Of a stretch of 48,114 bases of DNA, positions 10,080-20,423 are shown piece after piece (the stretch's first letter is position 1; each line of letters opens with the position of its first letter). Origin of the DNA: an uncultured Alteromonas sp. (lineage in GTDB: Bacteria > Pseudomonadota > Gammaproteobacteria > Enterobacterales > Alteromonadaceae); the NCBI GenBank assembly GCA_964508695.1, contig CAZDUT010000001.1, forward strand, positions 1 to 48,114. The letters run 5' to 3'. The translations under genes were made by a program, and so were the position numbers. The notes beneath the pieces were generated by a model. It was not told the DNA's origin. It did no database searches and saw only the letters and a list, made by a program, of their open reading frames with translations.

Positions 10080-13000
10080 GTGACACCAATACGCGCTACC
10101 CGTGGTACACGGCATTTTTCCGCCATGGCCACTTACTGGTGCTGAGTATCATCATTGTGCTGGTGGCTGGGTTGTCGGCGCTGGGCACCTTACCCAGACT
10201 TGAAGATCCCCGCATTGATACACGCAACGCGCTTATCATTACCGCCTATCCGGGCGCCTCGGCGCAGCGGGTTGAAGCGTTGGTAACCGATGTGCTGGAA
10301 GATCGGCTGCGGGAAATTTATGAGATCAAAGAGATCCGCTCAACGTCCCGGGCCGGCATTTCGATTGTCAATATTGAAACTCAGGACTGGATAGATAACA
10401 GCAGCAATGAACAGTTGTTCAGCGAAATCCGTGACAGCATTGCTGCTGCCGCTGACGCATTTCCCGCTGGTGCGGCACCGCCCGTTTTTGACGAGAAACG
10501 GGGGGCAACCGCCTTTACCCTGTTACTCGATGTTACCCCTGATGTGCCGGCGAACACCAGCCTCGCCATGACCGGCAGGCTGGCAAGTGAATTGGCTGAC
10601 CGGCTACGCAATGTTGCCGGAACGGAACTGGTCAGATTGTATGGCGAACCTGCTGAAGAAATTATCGTTGCCGTGTCCCCACAGCACCTCGCTGCCACCG
10701 GGTTGTCGCTGGGGGATTTAAGCCGTCAAATCAGCCAGGCTGATCCTAAATTGCCGGCAGGTAGTCTGCATACCGAAAACAGTACCTTGCGCTTTACCTT
10801 AAGCGATACGCTTGATGGTGTGGACATGATCAGCAATCTCGGCGTAACCAATGCACAGGGGCGGTATATTCGGGTGGCTGATGTGGCCAGTGTCTACCGG
10901 GGATGGAAAACGCCACCCGATGACATAGCCCTCGTCGACGGCCAACAGGTGATTTTTGTTGGGGCACGGATGCAAACCACGGTCAGGGCCGATAAGTGGA
11001 CGGCTGCCGCCCTGGACACGGTTGATGCATTTAACCGGGAGTTTGCCGGCAGTGTGACAGCATCGGTGACCTTTAAGCAAAATGACTACACCGATGCCCG
11101 GCTCAGCGAGCTCAGCGGAAACTTGCTGCTGGGGTGTGCAGTCGTCATGTTGGTTATCCTGCTGTTCATGGGTATGCGCGCAGCCTGGATAGTCGGGCTG
11201 GCGTTACCCCTGTGCGCCGCATTCACATTATTTTCATTGAGCTTTTTTGATGAGCAGATTCATCAGATGTCGATTTTCGGAATGATCATTGCGATTGGCC
11301 TGCTGATTGATAATGCGATTGTGATCACCGACGAAATTCGTATTAACCTGCAAAATGCCGCGCTTACCCGGGTGGGCGCGATGGCAAAAAGTGTGTCGCA
11401 TCTCTTTGTCCCGCTGCTGGCCTCAACGTTAACGACCATTCTGGGGTTTATGCCAATCTTTTTACTTAACGGTAATATCGGCGACTTTATCAGCCCGATT
11501 GCCATCAGCGTAGTGATGGCGCTGATTGGGTCGCTGTTTCTTTCGCTGACCATCATTGCTGCGCTGGCAGCGCGCTATTTGCCCCGTACCGCCGATGATC
11601 GCGGCCGCTGGTGGCAGCAAGGCATTCAGGCGCCCCAGCTCAGTGATGCTTTCAGTCGGCGCCTTGGTGCCTGGATACGCCGGCCCATTGTCGTACTCCC
11701 CCTGATTGTCATTTTTTGTGGTAGTGGCTTTTTCTTCGCCTCGCAACTCCCCAATGTGTTTTTCCCCAGTGCCGATCGTGACCAGTTTGAGCTGTATCTG
11801 TGGACCAAAGAAGGCAGTAGCATCGCGCAGACCCGGACCTATACTGAGCAGGTGGACGCCATCATCAGTCAACAGGCAGGGGTTAAGCAGGTTAGCTGGC
11901 TGGTCGGCGGCTCTGCACCGTCGGTGTATTACAATCAAATCATGCGCCGCGACAACACGCCAAACTTTGCCAACGCCGTGATCACCACCGAAACGGTGGG
12001 CCAGGCAGCACACATGATAGATCAGTTACAACATCAGCTGGAGCAGCGGTTCCCTGAGATACAACTGATTGTCAGGGCATTTGGTCAGGGCCCGCCAATT
12101 GCGGCGCCAGTAGAAGTTGAGATCATTGGCCCGGACGTGGAACAACTGAATATATTGGGGCAGCAGGTCAGGCAGGTTATGGCCTCGGTAGCCGGGATTA
12201 GCCAGACAACGGCATCCATCACCATGGCCGAACCTGAACTGACGATACAGGCCGACCGAGACGTTACCTCTTACATGGGACTGTCATTAACCGAACTGGC
12301 AAACCAGCTTGATGTGAACTTCAGCGGGATTCTGGGCGGCTCGGTTTTAGAGAGCACCGAAGAAATACCCGTCCGCGTACGCTACAACAATGCACAGCGC
12401 GGTGATCTTGAAAGTGTCTCGAGCACGCCGCTTACCTCCGCAGTGCTCGATCCTGACACGCCGTGGGTGGCCCTGGATGCGGTAGCGACCATGACGCTGA
12501 CACCGAGCATCAGTGGTATTACCCGCTTAGGCGGTGAGCGTCTCAATCGGGTACAGGCCTTCTTATACCCGGGGGTGCCGGCTGTGGATGTCAGTAATAC
12601 ATTGCGAGAGAAACTGGCCTCATCGCTCAGCCTGCCCGATGGCTATCGTCTGCACCTTGCAGGTGACGCGGACGAACAACAACAGGCACTTGGCCAGCTC
12701 GCGACGTACGCGCCGGTGTTACTGGTATTGATGATCACCACACTGATCCTCACCTTTCTGAGCGTACGGATGGCCTTCGTCATCATTTTGGTGGCCGGTT
12801 TGTCGGTAGGGCTAGGTATGTTCAGTTTGTGGATTTCGGGTTTGCCTCTGGGCTTTAATCCGCTGCTGGGCAGTGCCGGACTTATCGGTGTCGCGATCAA
12901 CGGATCGATCGTGGTGATTGCGGCAATCAATGCTAATCCGGCAGCGCGGCGTGGCGACACACGAACCATTGTGGCTGAGACCATGGGATGCAGCCGGCAT

Positions 13001-13216
13001 ATTTTGTCAACGACCTTTACTACGGTAGGTGGGCTGATTCCGTTACTGCTATTCAGTGAGGGCACCTTCTGGCCGCCGCTGGCAGTGGTGTTGGCCGGCG
13101 GCGTGGGGTTCTCGGTGATCCTGTCGCTGGTGTTCACACCCACGCTGGTTGCGCTGTTTTTACGCCGTCAGCGTAAACCGGCCACTGCGCTTATGGGGCA
13201 AACTGCGGTAAACTAA
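10076..13216 (+). CDS. RND efflux permease subunit (AcrB/AcrD/AcrF family)
   Basis: 1046 aa; PRLEDP, YPGASAQRVE, GLLIDNAIV (TM4), two large periplasmic loops and two TM clusters. Confidence 0.94.
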   Translation: MSDTNTRYPWYTAFFRHGHLLVLSIIIVLVAGLSALGTLPRLEDPRIDTRNALIITAYPGASAQRVEALVTDVLEDRLREIYEIKEIRSTSRAGISIVNIETQDWIDNSSNEQLFSEIRDSIAAAADAFPAGAAPPVFDEKRGATAFTLLLDVTPDVPANTSLAMTGRLASELADRLRNVAGTELVRLYGEPAEEIIVAVSPQHLAATGLSLGDLSRQISQADPKLPAGSLHTENSTLRFTLSDTLDGVDMISNLGVTNAQGRYIRVADVASVYRGWKTPPDDIALVDGQQVIFVGARMQTTVRADKWTAAALDTVDAFNREFAGSVTASVTFKQNDYTDARLSELSGNLLLGCAVVMLVILLFMGMRAAWIVGLALPLCAAFTLFSLSFFDEQIHQMSIFGMIIAIGLLIDNAIVITDEIRINLQNAALTRVGAMAKSVSHLFVPLLASTLTTILGFMPIFLLNGNIGDFISPIAISVVMALIGSLFLSLTIIAALAARYLPRTADDRGRWWQQGIQAPQLSDAFSRRLGAWIRRPIVVLPLIVIFCGSGFFFASQLPNVFFPSADRDQFELYLWTKEGSSIAQTRTYTEQVDAIISQQAGVKQVSWLVGGSAPSVYYNQIMRRDNTPNFANAVITTETVGQAAHMIDQLQHQLEQRFPEIQLIVRAFGQGPPIAAPVEVEIIGPDVEQLNILGQQVRQVMASVAGISQTTASITMAEPELTIQADRDVTSYMGLSLTELANQLDVNFSGILGGSVLESTEEIPVRVRYNNAQRGDLESVSSTPLTSAVLDPDTPWVALDAVATMTLTPSISGITRLGGERLNRVQAFLYPGVPAVDVSNTLREKLASSLSLPDGYRLHLAGDADEQQQALGQLATYAPVLLVLMITTLILTFLSVRMAFVIILVAGLSVGLGMFSLWISGLPLGFNPLLGSAGLIGVAINGSIVVIAAINANPAARRGDTRTIVAETMGCSRHILSTTFTTVGGLIPLLLFSEGTFWPPLAVVLAGGVGFSVILSLVFTPTLVALFLRRQRKPATALMGQTAVN

Positions 13217-13374
13217 GCACATCAGGCTTACGTAAACAAAGATTATGCGGCCAACTAACCCAAAAGCCCGGAGCAATAGTCGCCTGATGCGGTGGTGGCA
13301 TACTGACTGTATGGTATGCCGACGCTGGCGGCTTTATGTTATCTGGGCCTTGCTCATGGTAATAGTGTATTTTT

Positions 13375-14079
13375 ATGTCTTCTGATGTGACTCAACCCAT
13401 CTTTATCCGTGCGACGTCCAAGCGTAACGGTATCACCAGTATTGTCATTGGCCTGGCGGGGCTGCTTTTTTCCCTTATCTGGTTTGCTGTAACACCGGAC
13501 TGGCTGTTTCTGGCAGGCGTGTTTCTCACCAGTGCATCCATTGTGGCGCTGTTAGTGGGGTATTTTAAATTGCGCGAGCCTGAGCACAGCATTGAAATCT
13601 CGCCCAGCGAAATTGCATATCATCACCGTCTGGGAAATTGGGAGATCCACTGGGACAACGTCCAGCGCATTGATTGCCCCCGGGTAAGACGGGGCATTGA
13701 CCATGTTGATTTGGAAACCATCGGGATACGGATAAAGGATTACGGCCCGTTTCTTAACAGCGTTTCTCCCAGACTTGCCACGCACCTGCTGATGGAGCAG
13801 CGCCCGCTGCTGTTTCAGAATAAGGACGAAAACTGTCCGTCAGGGAGCTGTTACGAACAATCCATGTTTGACGACAAGCACTTTAAGCTGCCGAACGGCG
13901 ACGTGTATACCGGCATCAAAGCGATGCTGGCGAATCGCATGACACAATTGCGAGAGCGCCTGGGCTTTGATGTCTTTGTTTCTTCTTCCGAGCTGGACCG
14001 AACACCCGGCGAGTTTGTTGCGCTGATGCGTGAGTGCCAGCAGGCACGCATTCAAAACCTCGGACAATCAGAACGCTGA
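13375..14079 (+). CDS. Conserved membrane protein, DUF2982-like
   Basis: Two N-terminal TM helices then a soluble domain (KLREP, WDNVQRID, MLANRMTQLRERLGFD, ELDR); family recalled from resemblance only. Confidence 0.65.
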   Translation: MSSDVTQPIFIRATSKRNGITSIVIGLAGLLFSLIWFAVTPDWLFLAGVFLTSASIVALLVGYFKLREPEHSIEISPSEIAYHHRLGNWEIHWDNVQRIDCPRVRRGIDHVDLETIGIRIKDYGPFLNSVSPRLATHLLMEQRPLLFQNKDENCPSGSCYEQSMFDDKHFKLPNGDVYTGIKAMLANRMTQLRERLGFDVFVSSSELDRTPGEFVALMRECQQARIQNLGQSER

Positions 14080-17000
14080 GTCGGCATGTGCCTGCAGATA
14101 ACGCTCGCCTTCGGCACAGATAACCTCTGCTTCGGTGATGAGTGCCGGCATATGCTCGGCAACCAGGAAATGCTGACCTAACTTAAGTGCAGATTCCAGT
14201 TCACGGGCAAGATCCTGCAGCTTTGGCACACCGGTATAGCAGCAGGCTCCGTGCAGACGGTGAACCTGTGCTTTAAGTTCCTCGAAATTACGTGCCTCCC
14301 ACTCCTTTTTAATCGCCTCGATGGTTGCAGGCAGCATGGCCAGGAAGTCACTGAGTAACTCGATACTGGCGTCACGGTTGTGGTTGCTGCGCTTTAACGC
14401 CAATTGCCAGTCGAGTGTCGGCAGCGCCATTTTCACCGGTTCAATGTTCTGACACCAGCGGCGGATGAGGTCGAGCAACATCACCAGTTCAATGGGCTTT
14501 GGCAGGTAATCATCCATACCCGATGCCAGCAGCCTCTCCTGTTCTTCTTTAAAGGCATGTGCCGTAACAGCAATAATAGGCGTACCCATATTCAGTGGTG
14601 ACTGACGGATACCCCGCGACGCCTGCAAGCCATCCATACCGGGCATCTGGACATCCATCAGAATAAGATCGTACTCATTTGACTGGCAGCGATTGACAGC
14701 ATCCTGACCACTCATCGAGGTGCTCAGGCTGACCGGAGAATTATCCAGCCAGGTGTGCAGTAATTTAAGGTTCATATCCATGTCATCGACGGCCAGAATG
14801 CGCGCTTTTGGCAGGCTGTCTATTTTATCCTGCAGCGGATTGCGGTTAACTCTCGCACGCTGGTGAACAATGCTGTCCAGCTTGGTAATAGTCATCGGCA
14901 TACGTAACTGGCTGATGAAATGATCCTGCAAGCTCGGATACTGTGAAAACGGCTCGGGGCCCGAATACCACAATATTCGTTTATGCGCAGGAATCTGTAC
15001 CAACTCCGAGAGCAACGCATCGCGGTTCGTCAGCTGGCTCACTGGCAGGGTAGCCAGTAAGTAATCGGGCTTGAAATCGAGGCGTTTCAGGAAATCCACT
15101 GACTCAACAGCAAACACATTTGCCCCCAGGCAGGACAATATACGTACGCTGGCACGGCGGGTCTGAGGAATAGGGTCAAACACGACCACTTTCTTACCTT
15201 CCCAGTCGCTGCTGGGGGCCAGCGAGAACTTCTGACTCAACTGATTGGTTTTCAGTGTGACAGTAAACATACTGCCGATATTCGGCGAGCTGGTAAGGGT
15301 TATGTTACCGCGCATCAGGCGTACCAACTCACGGCATATAACCAGTCCTAATCCGGTACCCTGATAACTGCGGTTGATGGCATCCTCTACCTGAGAAAAG
15401 GCATTAAACAGCTTTTTCCGGTCCTTGCGGCTAATGCCTATGCCGGTATCCTCAATTTTAAATTCAAGCTCGTGAATACCATGGGCCAGTGCCGTAGCGC
15501 GGGCGCTCAAGGTAATGGAGCCTGACGAGGTAAACTTAATGGCATTGCTTAGCAGGTTGTTGAGCACTTGTTTAATGCGAAACATATCGCCGATTAATTT
15601 TTCAGGCAGCGGACTCAGATCAAAAACAAACTCCAGCCGTTTTCCGTGCGCTGACTTCGACATGATGGTGACCATTTCCTCAAGTAGTTCGTTGGGAGAA
15701 AATGGCTGGTTATTGATCGTCAGTTTGCCGGCTTCAATTTTAGAGAAATCCAATACGTCGTTGACGATACTTAACAGATTATCTGCGGCGGTGTTGATGA
15801 TCCGGACCTGCTCCTGCTGATCTGACGGCAGCGCAGCCTGACTGAGTTCGCGACTGAATCCGAGGATCGCGTTTAGCGGTGTCCGGATTTCGTGACTCAT
15901 ATTGGCAAGAAATTGCGACTTGACGTTGCTGGCCTTGATGGCGTCCTTTCGGGCAATATCGAGCCGCGCATTTTGCTCTTCAATCAGCTCCATATTGTTG
16001 CGCAGATCATTCGTCGCCTGCTCGACCTCACTTTCCAGCTGGCTGCGACTTTTTTCCATCAGTGCCAGCGAGAACAGGCCGGCTTCAAGAAACACCCCGG
16101 CCTGAAAACAGTAGGTAGTAAACGTATTGGAGGGAAGTATGCCTATCAGGCTGAGCATGCCGATAATTGCGCCGCAGGCAAGCATGGTCCATGCAAAAAT
16201 GAAGTACCGTGCTGGCTGAAACCGGTTAAAAAATGCTTCAAAGCCCGCGGCGATATAGCTGACGATAGCCAGTACACCGAGACCGTAAACCAGGTTGTTC
16301 TTCCAGATATGTGGCATCAGATTAAGTAAGCACACAACCCCCATCACGCCCTGCGCAATCAGCAGACCTTTGACGAACAGGTGACTGGTGGGGGCATTGG
16401 TTTTGGTTTCTAAAAACGTCAGTGTGAAAATGCCCGAGCTGATGCCTATGACCACGAAAATGAGTTCGGTATGACTCACCAGCCAGTCGGGTAAGCTGCC
16501 GAGGGTCAGCAGGTGGACGTGACCGCCCCATATTACCTGCCAGAAAATCACTGCCGTAATATAGCCAACGTACGCCAGCAGACTCGGCTCACGAACATCC
16601 AGATAAATCACCAGGTTATAAATAGCCAGGATCACCAGGCCACCGTAGAACAGTCCCCACAGCAGACTGTCAAACTGAAAGCTCAGGTTATGCTGGGAGT
16701 GAGACTTAAGCTCTATGGGAACAATAAGACTGGATGAGCGACTTTCTACCCTGACAAACAGGTCCACAGCTTTTGTATAAGGAAGGGAGACCTCAAACGT
16801 GGGCATTCTGAATTTTTGACCGGTCTGCGCTTTACCCTGCAGGCTGTAATCAATGACCTCACCGTTTTGCACCAGATAAAAATCCACTTTGTCCAGCTGA
16901 CTAAAGTTAACCGTGAATACCCAGTCTTTAATGTCACTGACATTGGTTACCGAGATCTGCAGCCAGATCCCGTTGTCATGGAAACCAAAATTGGGGTTAT

Positions 17001-17205
17001 CGTCGAGGTATCGCTGAAAGTCTTCGCGTTGGGATATCGCCTGTTCAACAGTAATAGGTCCGGCGTTTTCTAATAAATACGACGAAGATTCTGTCAGTTT
17101 CAGTGTATCCTGTTCGTCGAACAGCTGAACGGTTTGCTGTGCGCTGACAGACGCGGACAGTGCAAATAGCGACACAATGGCAAATATAAGGTAAAGAAGT
17201 TTCAC
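14068..17205 (-). CDS. Unorthodox hybrid sensor histidine kinase: 7TMR-DISMED2 + 7TM-DISM + HisKA + HATPase + degenerate REC + REC + HPt (BarA/GacS-like core)
   Basis: Signal peptide, periplasmic NFGF...IWL and LDKVDFY motifs, about 7 TMs, H-box FLANMSHEIRTPLN, N/G boxes, REC LILMDVQMPGMDG, HPt HRLHGACCYTG. Confidence 0.92.
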   Translation of the reverse strand: MKLLYLIFAIVSLFALSASVSAQQTVQLFDEQDTLKLTESSSYLLENAGPITVEQAISQREDFQRYLDDNPNFGFHDNGIWLQISVTNVSDIKDWVFTVNFSQLDKVDFYLVQNGEVIDYSLQGKAQTGQKFRMPTFEVSLPYTKAVDLFVRVESRSSSLIVPIELKSHSQHNLSFQFDSLLWGLFYGGLVILAIYNLVIYLDVREPSLLAYVGYITAVIFWQVIWGGHVHLLTLGSLPDWLVSHTELIFVVIGISSGIFTLTFLETKTNAPTSHLFVKGLLIAQGVMGVVCLLNLMPHIWKNNLVYGLGVLAIVSYIAAGFEAFFNRFQPARYFIFAWTMLACGAIIGMLSLIGILPSNTFTTYCFQAGVFLEAGLFSLALMEKSRSQLESEVEQATNDLRNNMELIEEQNARLDIARKDAIKASNVKSQFLANMSHEIRTPLNAILGFSRELSQAALPSDQQEQVRIINTAADNLLSIVNDVLDFSKIEAGKLTINNQPFSPNELLEEMVTIMSKSAHGKRLEFVFDLSPLPEKLIGDMFRIKQVLNNLLSNAIKFTSSGSITLSARATALAHGIHELEFKIEDTGIGISRKDRKKLFNAFSQVEDAINRSYQGTGLGLVICRELVRLMRGNITLTSSPNIGSMFTVTLKTNQLSQKFSLAPSSDWEGKKVVVFDPIPQTRRASVRILSCLGANVFAVESVDFLKRLDFKPDYLLATLPVSQLTNRDALLSELVQIPAHKRILWYSGPEPFSQYPSLQDHFISQLRMPMTITKLDSIVHQRARVNRNPLQDKIDSLPKARILAVDDMDMNLKLLHTWLDNSPVSLSTSMSGQDAVNRCQSNEYDLILMDVQMPGMDGLQASRGIRQSPLNMGTPIIAVTAHAFKEEQERLLASGMDDYLPKPIELVMLLDLIRRWCQNIEPVKMALPTLDWQLALKRSNHNRDASIELLSDFLAMLPATIEAIKKEWEARNFEELKAQVHRLHGACCYTGVPKLQDLARELESALKLGQHFLVAEHMPALITEAEVICAEGERYLQAHADSAF

Positions 17206-17420
17206 AACGGTTGTAATTGTTATGGTTGTTAGCGTTATTAAACCATCACTTTTTCAGTTTGTACAAAAACTGTATACCGCCAGGGCAAACCCGTTATTGC
17301 CATGGTAGCGTTAAGCCAGTGTATTGCACTGCCTGAGGCTTTGCCCCACAATAGCTTTATCAACGATGTTGCGCATCTGCAGTGCGCTGTGACCAATGAT
17401 AATAAAAATCGAAGACGTGC

Positions 17421-19712
17421 ATGAGTGATCAGATAACAATTACGAAAGACGGCATTGAGCAGTTGCCGCTCAGAACCTTTACGGAAGATGCGTACCTCAA
17501 TTACTCCATGTACGTCATCATGGACCGCGCTCTGCCGCATATTGCGGACGGCTTGAAGCCGGTGCAGCGTCGCATCATATATGCGATGTCGGATTTGGGG
17601 CTGAGCAATAACGCCAAATACAAGAAGTCCGCGCGGACGGTGGGGGATGTACTGGGTAAGTTTCACCCGCATGGTGATTCAGCCTGTTATGAAGCGATGG
17701 TGCTGATGGCCCAGCCATTTACCTACCGCTACCCACTGGTCGATGGACAGGGTAACTGGGGAGCGCCGGACGATCCTAAGTCATTTGCGGCAATGCGTTA
17801 CACCGAAGCCCGGTTGTCACGCTTCAGTGAAGTGCTGCTGAACGAACTGGGGCAGGGGACAGTAGACTGGGTGCCTAACTTTGACGGCACGCTTAAAGAA
17901 CCAAGCATGTTGCCGGCGCGCCTGCCACATATCCTGCTAAACGGGGTTACCGGTATTGCCGTGGGAATGGCAACCGATATTCCGCCCCATAACGCACGCG
18001 AAACAGCCAATGCCTGTGCCGCTTTACTGGATAATAGCCGGACCACGCTGGAGGAGGTCATGGAGATTGTCCAGGCCCCGGACTATCCCACTGATGCCGA
18101 AATTATCACGCCCAAAGCCGATATCCGTAAGATATACGAAACCGGCCGCGGTAGCATAAAAATGCGTGCCGTGTACCGCGAGGAAGCGGGCGATATTGTG
18201 ATCACCGCGCTACCGCACCAGGCTTCAGGTGCTAAGGTGTTGGAACAGATAGCGGCTCAGATGCAGGCTAAAAAGCTGCCTATGGTCAGTGATTTGCGTG
18301 ACGATTCTGACCATGAAAACCCAACACGTCTGATTATTACGCCACGTTCAAACCGGGTTGATACGCAACAACTGATGCAACACCTGTTTGCCACCACTGA
18401 CCTGGAAAAAAATTATCGCGTTAACCTGAATATGATTGGTCTTGATGGCCGTCCCCAGGTAAAGGATTTACGTACTATTCTGGTGGAGTGGTTAAGCTAC
18501 CGCAAAGAGGTTGTAACCCGTCGGTTACAGTACCGCCTGGACAAGGTGCTGGCGCGGCTGCATATCCTTGAAGGCTTGCTGGTCGCCTTTCTCAACATTG
18601 ATGAGGTTATCGAGATCATCCGTACGTTCGATGAGCCAAAGCCCGAGTTGATGTCGCGGTTTGGCCTGACGGATAAACAGGCTGAAGCCATACTTGAGCT
18701 CAAGCTCCGTCATCTCGCCAAACTGGAAGAAATGAAGATCCGTGGCGAGCAAAGCGAACTGGAAGAAGAGCGCGACAAGCTGCAGACCACCCTGGGCTCA
18801 GAACGCCGAATGAAGACCCTGATCAAAAAAGAAATCCTTGAAGCGGCAGAGAAATATGGCGATGACCGCCGGTCACCGCTGGTGGAGCGTGGCGAGGCAA
18901 AAGCACTTTCTGAAAAAGAGCTGGTACCTGCAGAGGCGGTCACGGTCGTATTGTCAGAAAAAGGCTGGGGACGCTGTGCCAAGGGCCACGATGTCGATGC
19001 GACGGCGCTCAGTTATAAAGCCGGTGATGGTTACCAGGCCAGTGCCTCGGGTAAGAGCAATCAGCCCGCCGTATTCCTTGACTCATCCGGGCGCGCCTTT
19101 GCCTGCGATGCCCACAGCCTGCCGTCGGCGCGCAGTCAGGGCGAGCCAATGACAGGGCGCTTCTCAATCGTTGCAGGGGAATCCTTGTCCCATGTCTTAA
19201 TGGGTAAAGATGATGACGAGTACCTGATGGCCTCTGATGGCGGTTACGGCTTTGTCGGCGTGTTTGCCGGCATGGTCAGTAAAAACAAAGCGGGTAAGGC
19301 TTACCTGACCGTACCTACCGGGGCCAAGGTGCTGCCGCCACGGCGGGTACATAACCGGGAGACGGACTGGTGCCTGGCCATTTCAACGGAAGGCCGGATG
19401 CTGCTGTTCCCAATGCAGGACTTGCCCAGTCTGGGCAAAGGAAAGGGCAACAAGATCATTAATATACCTTCGGCGAAAGCACAGTCGCGGGAAGAATATG
19501 TGAAGCTGCTTGAGGTGGTCCCTGATGGGGCAGCGATCAAGCTCACCGCCGGTAAGCGCAGTATGACCCTGAGCGCCGCGGATCTTGAGCATTATCGTGG
19601 TGAGCGTGGCCGACGCGGGAATAAACTGCCCCGGGGACTGCAACGTGTAGACAGTGTTGAGGTTGAGGCAACCAACGAACAGCTATCTGCGCCTGACGAG
19701 CCCAATGACTAA
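17421..19712 (+). CDS. parC: DNA topoisomerase IV subunit A
   Basis: [30 protein letters not shown], catalytic Tyr in AAMRYTE, C-terminal [13 protein letters not shown]. Confidence 0.97.
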   Translation: MSDQITITKDGIEQLPLRTFTEDAYLNYSMYVIMDRALPHIADGLKPVQRRIIYAMSDLGLSNNAKYKKSARTVGDVLGKFHPHGDSACYEAMVLMAQPFTYRYPLVDGQGNWGAPDDPKSFAAMRYTEARLSRFSEVLLNELGQGTVDWVPNFDGTLKEPSMLPARLPHILLNGVTGIAVGMATDIPPHNARETANACAALLDNSRTTLEEVMEIVQAPDYPTDAEIITPKADIRKIYETGRGSIKMRAVYREEAGDIVITALPHQASGAKVLEQIAAQMQAKKLPMVSDLRDDSDHENPTRLIITPRSNRVDTQQLMQHLFATTDLEKNYRVNLNMIGLDGRPQVKDLRTILVEWLSYRKEVVTRRLQYRLDKVLARLHILEGLLVAFLNIDEVIEIIRTFDEPKPELMSRFGLTDKQAEAILELKLRHLAKLEEMKIRGEQSELEEERDKLQTTLGSERRMKTLIKKEILEAAEKYGDDRRSPLVERGEAKALSEKELVPAEAVTVVLSEKGWGRCAKGHDVDATALSYKAGDGYQASASGKSNQPAVFLDSSGRAFACDAHSLPSARSQGEPMTGRFSIVAGESLSHVLMGKDDDEYLMASDGGYGFVGVFAGMVSKNKAGKAYLTVPTGAKVLPPRRVHNRETDWCLAISTEGRMLLFPMQDLPSLGKGKGNKIINIPSAKAQSREEYVKLLEVVPDGAAIKLTAGKRSMTLSAADLEHYRGERGRRGNKLPRGLQRVDSVEVEATNEQLSAPDEPND

Positions 19713-19787
19713 CGATAAGCGGGTGAGTACCGATACTGACCAGGTTACGCTAGTCTTGATAGGGGCAAAGTAAGAAGGAATGCGTGT

Positions 19788-20327
19788 ATGCTGGGCATAG
19801 TATTTACCTCGTTAATTGACATGCTTAGAGAGAAAGCCTCTCCGGAGTTTGCTGATGAAGTGATTACCGCGGCAAACCTGGAACATGACGGTGCTTTCAG
19901 GGCAGAAGGCAATTATCCGTATGAGGAGATGGAAAAGCTGCTCAGTGTGCTGGTTGAGAAAACCGGCAAGTCCGCCGATGAGTTGCTGCATGACTTTGGC
20001 TATTACCTGTTTGGGCAACTCAGAGAAGATCATGGTCAGGTACTGGCCGGTAAAGAAAGTTTGCTGGAAATGCTGGAGTATCTTGACAGCGATATCCATG
20101 AGCAAGTGCGCAAGCTTTACCCCGATGCCGATTTACCGCGTTTTACCGTATTGTCGCGTACTGACAATGCCATGCGTATGCGGTACCACTCCAAGCGTGA
20201 GCTCTATGCGCTGGCCGAAGGCCTGTTGGACGGTGCCGCAGACTTTTATAACTGTGCGATCACCCGTGAGACCATTCAGACAAGCCAGCCTCATACCTAT
20301 GAATTCAGTATTCAGGTGACTGGCTAG
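19788..20327 (+). CDS. Stand-alone H-NOX (heme NO-binding) protein
   Basis: N-terminal MLGIVF, proximal His in IHEQVRKLYP, conserved Pro in LPRF, YxSxR motif YHSKR, EGLL. Confidence 0.9.
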   Translation: MLGIVFTSLIDMLREKASPEFADEVITAANLEHDGAFRAEGNYPYEEMEKLLSVLVEKTGKSADELLHDFGYYLFGQLREDHGQVLAGKESLLEMLEYLDSDIHEQVRKLYPDADLPRFTVLSRTDNAMRMRYHSKRELYALAEGLLDGAADFYNCAITRETIQTSQPHTYEFSIQVTG

Positions 20328-20379
20328 CAGGCGATTACCAACCATTCTCTGTAAGCGATGACCGATTCACAGACTTATA

Positions 20380-20407
20380 AAAAAGGGCGCCACAGGGCGC
20401 CCTTTTT
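20380..20407. terminator. Bidirectional intrinsic terminator
   Basis: AAAAAGGGCGCC-ACAG-GGCGCCCTTTTT between convergent H-NOX and DUF1338 genes. Confidence 0.92.
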
Positions 20408-20423
20408 GGATTTTATACAGCGT

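Noticed and set aside
13220-13350. REP-like fragments (CATCAGGC...GCCTGATGCG, GACGCTGGCG) after the RND gene
   Set aside because: Only fragmentary resemblance to enterobacterial REP, and no second copy seen in the window.
17255-17346. CAGGGCAAACC as a c-di-GMP-I riboswitch start, and CTGTATACCGCCAG as a LexA box, upstream of parC
   Set aside because: The GAAA tetraloop stem and GCAAA/P2 elements are missing; CTG-CAG spacing is N8, not N10.
17238-17672. 144-aa minus-strand ORF over the parC start
   Set aside because: Mostly antisense to parC, with no recognisable domain.
17655-17700. ParC quinolone-resistance region
   Set aside because: HGDSACYE is the wild-type Ser80/Glu84 pattern.
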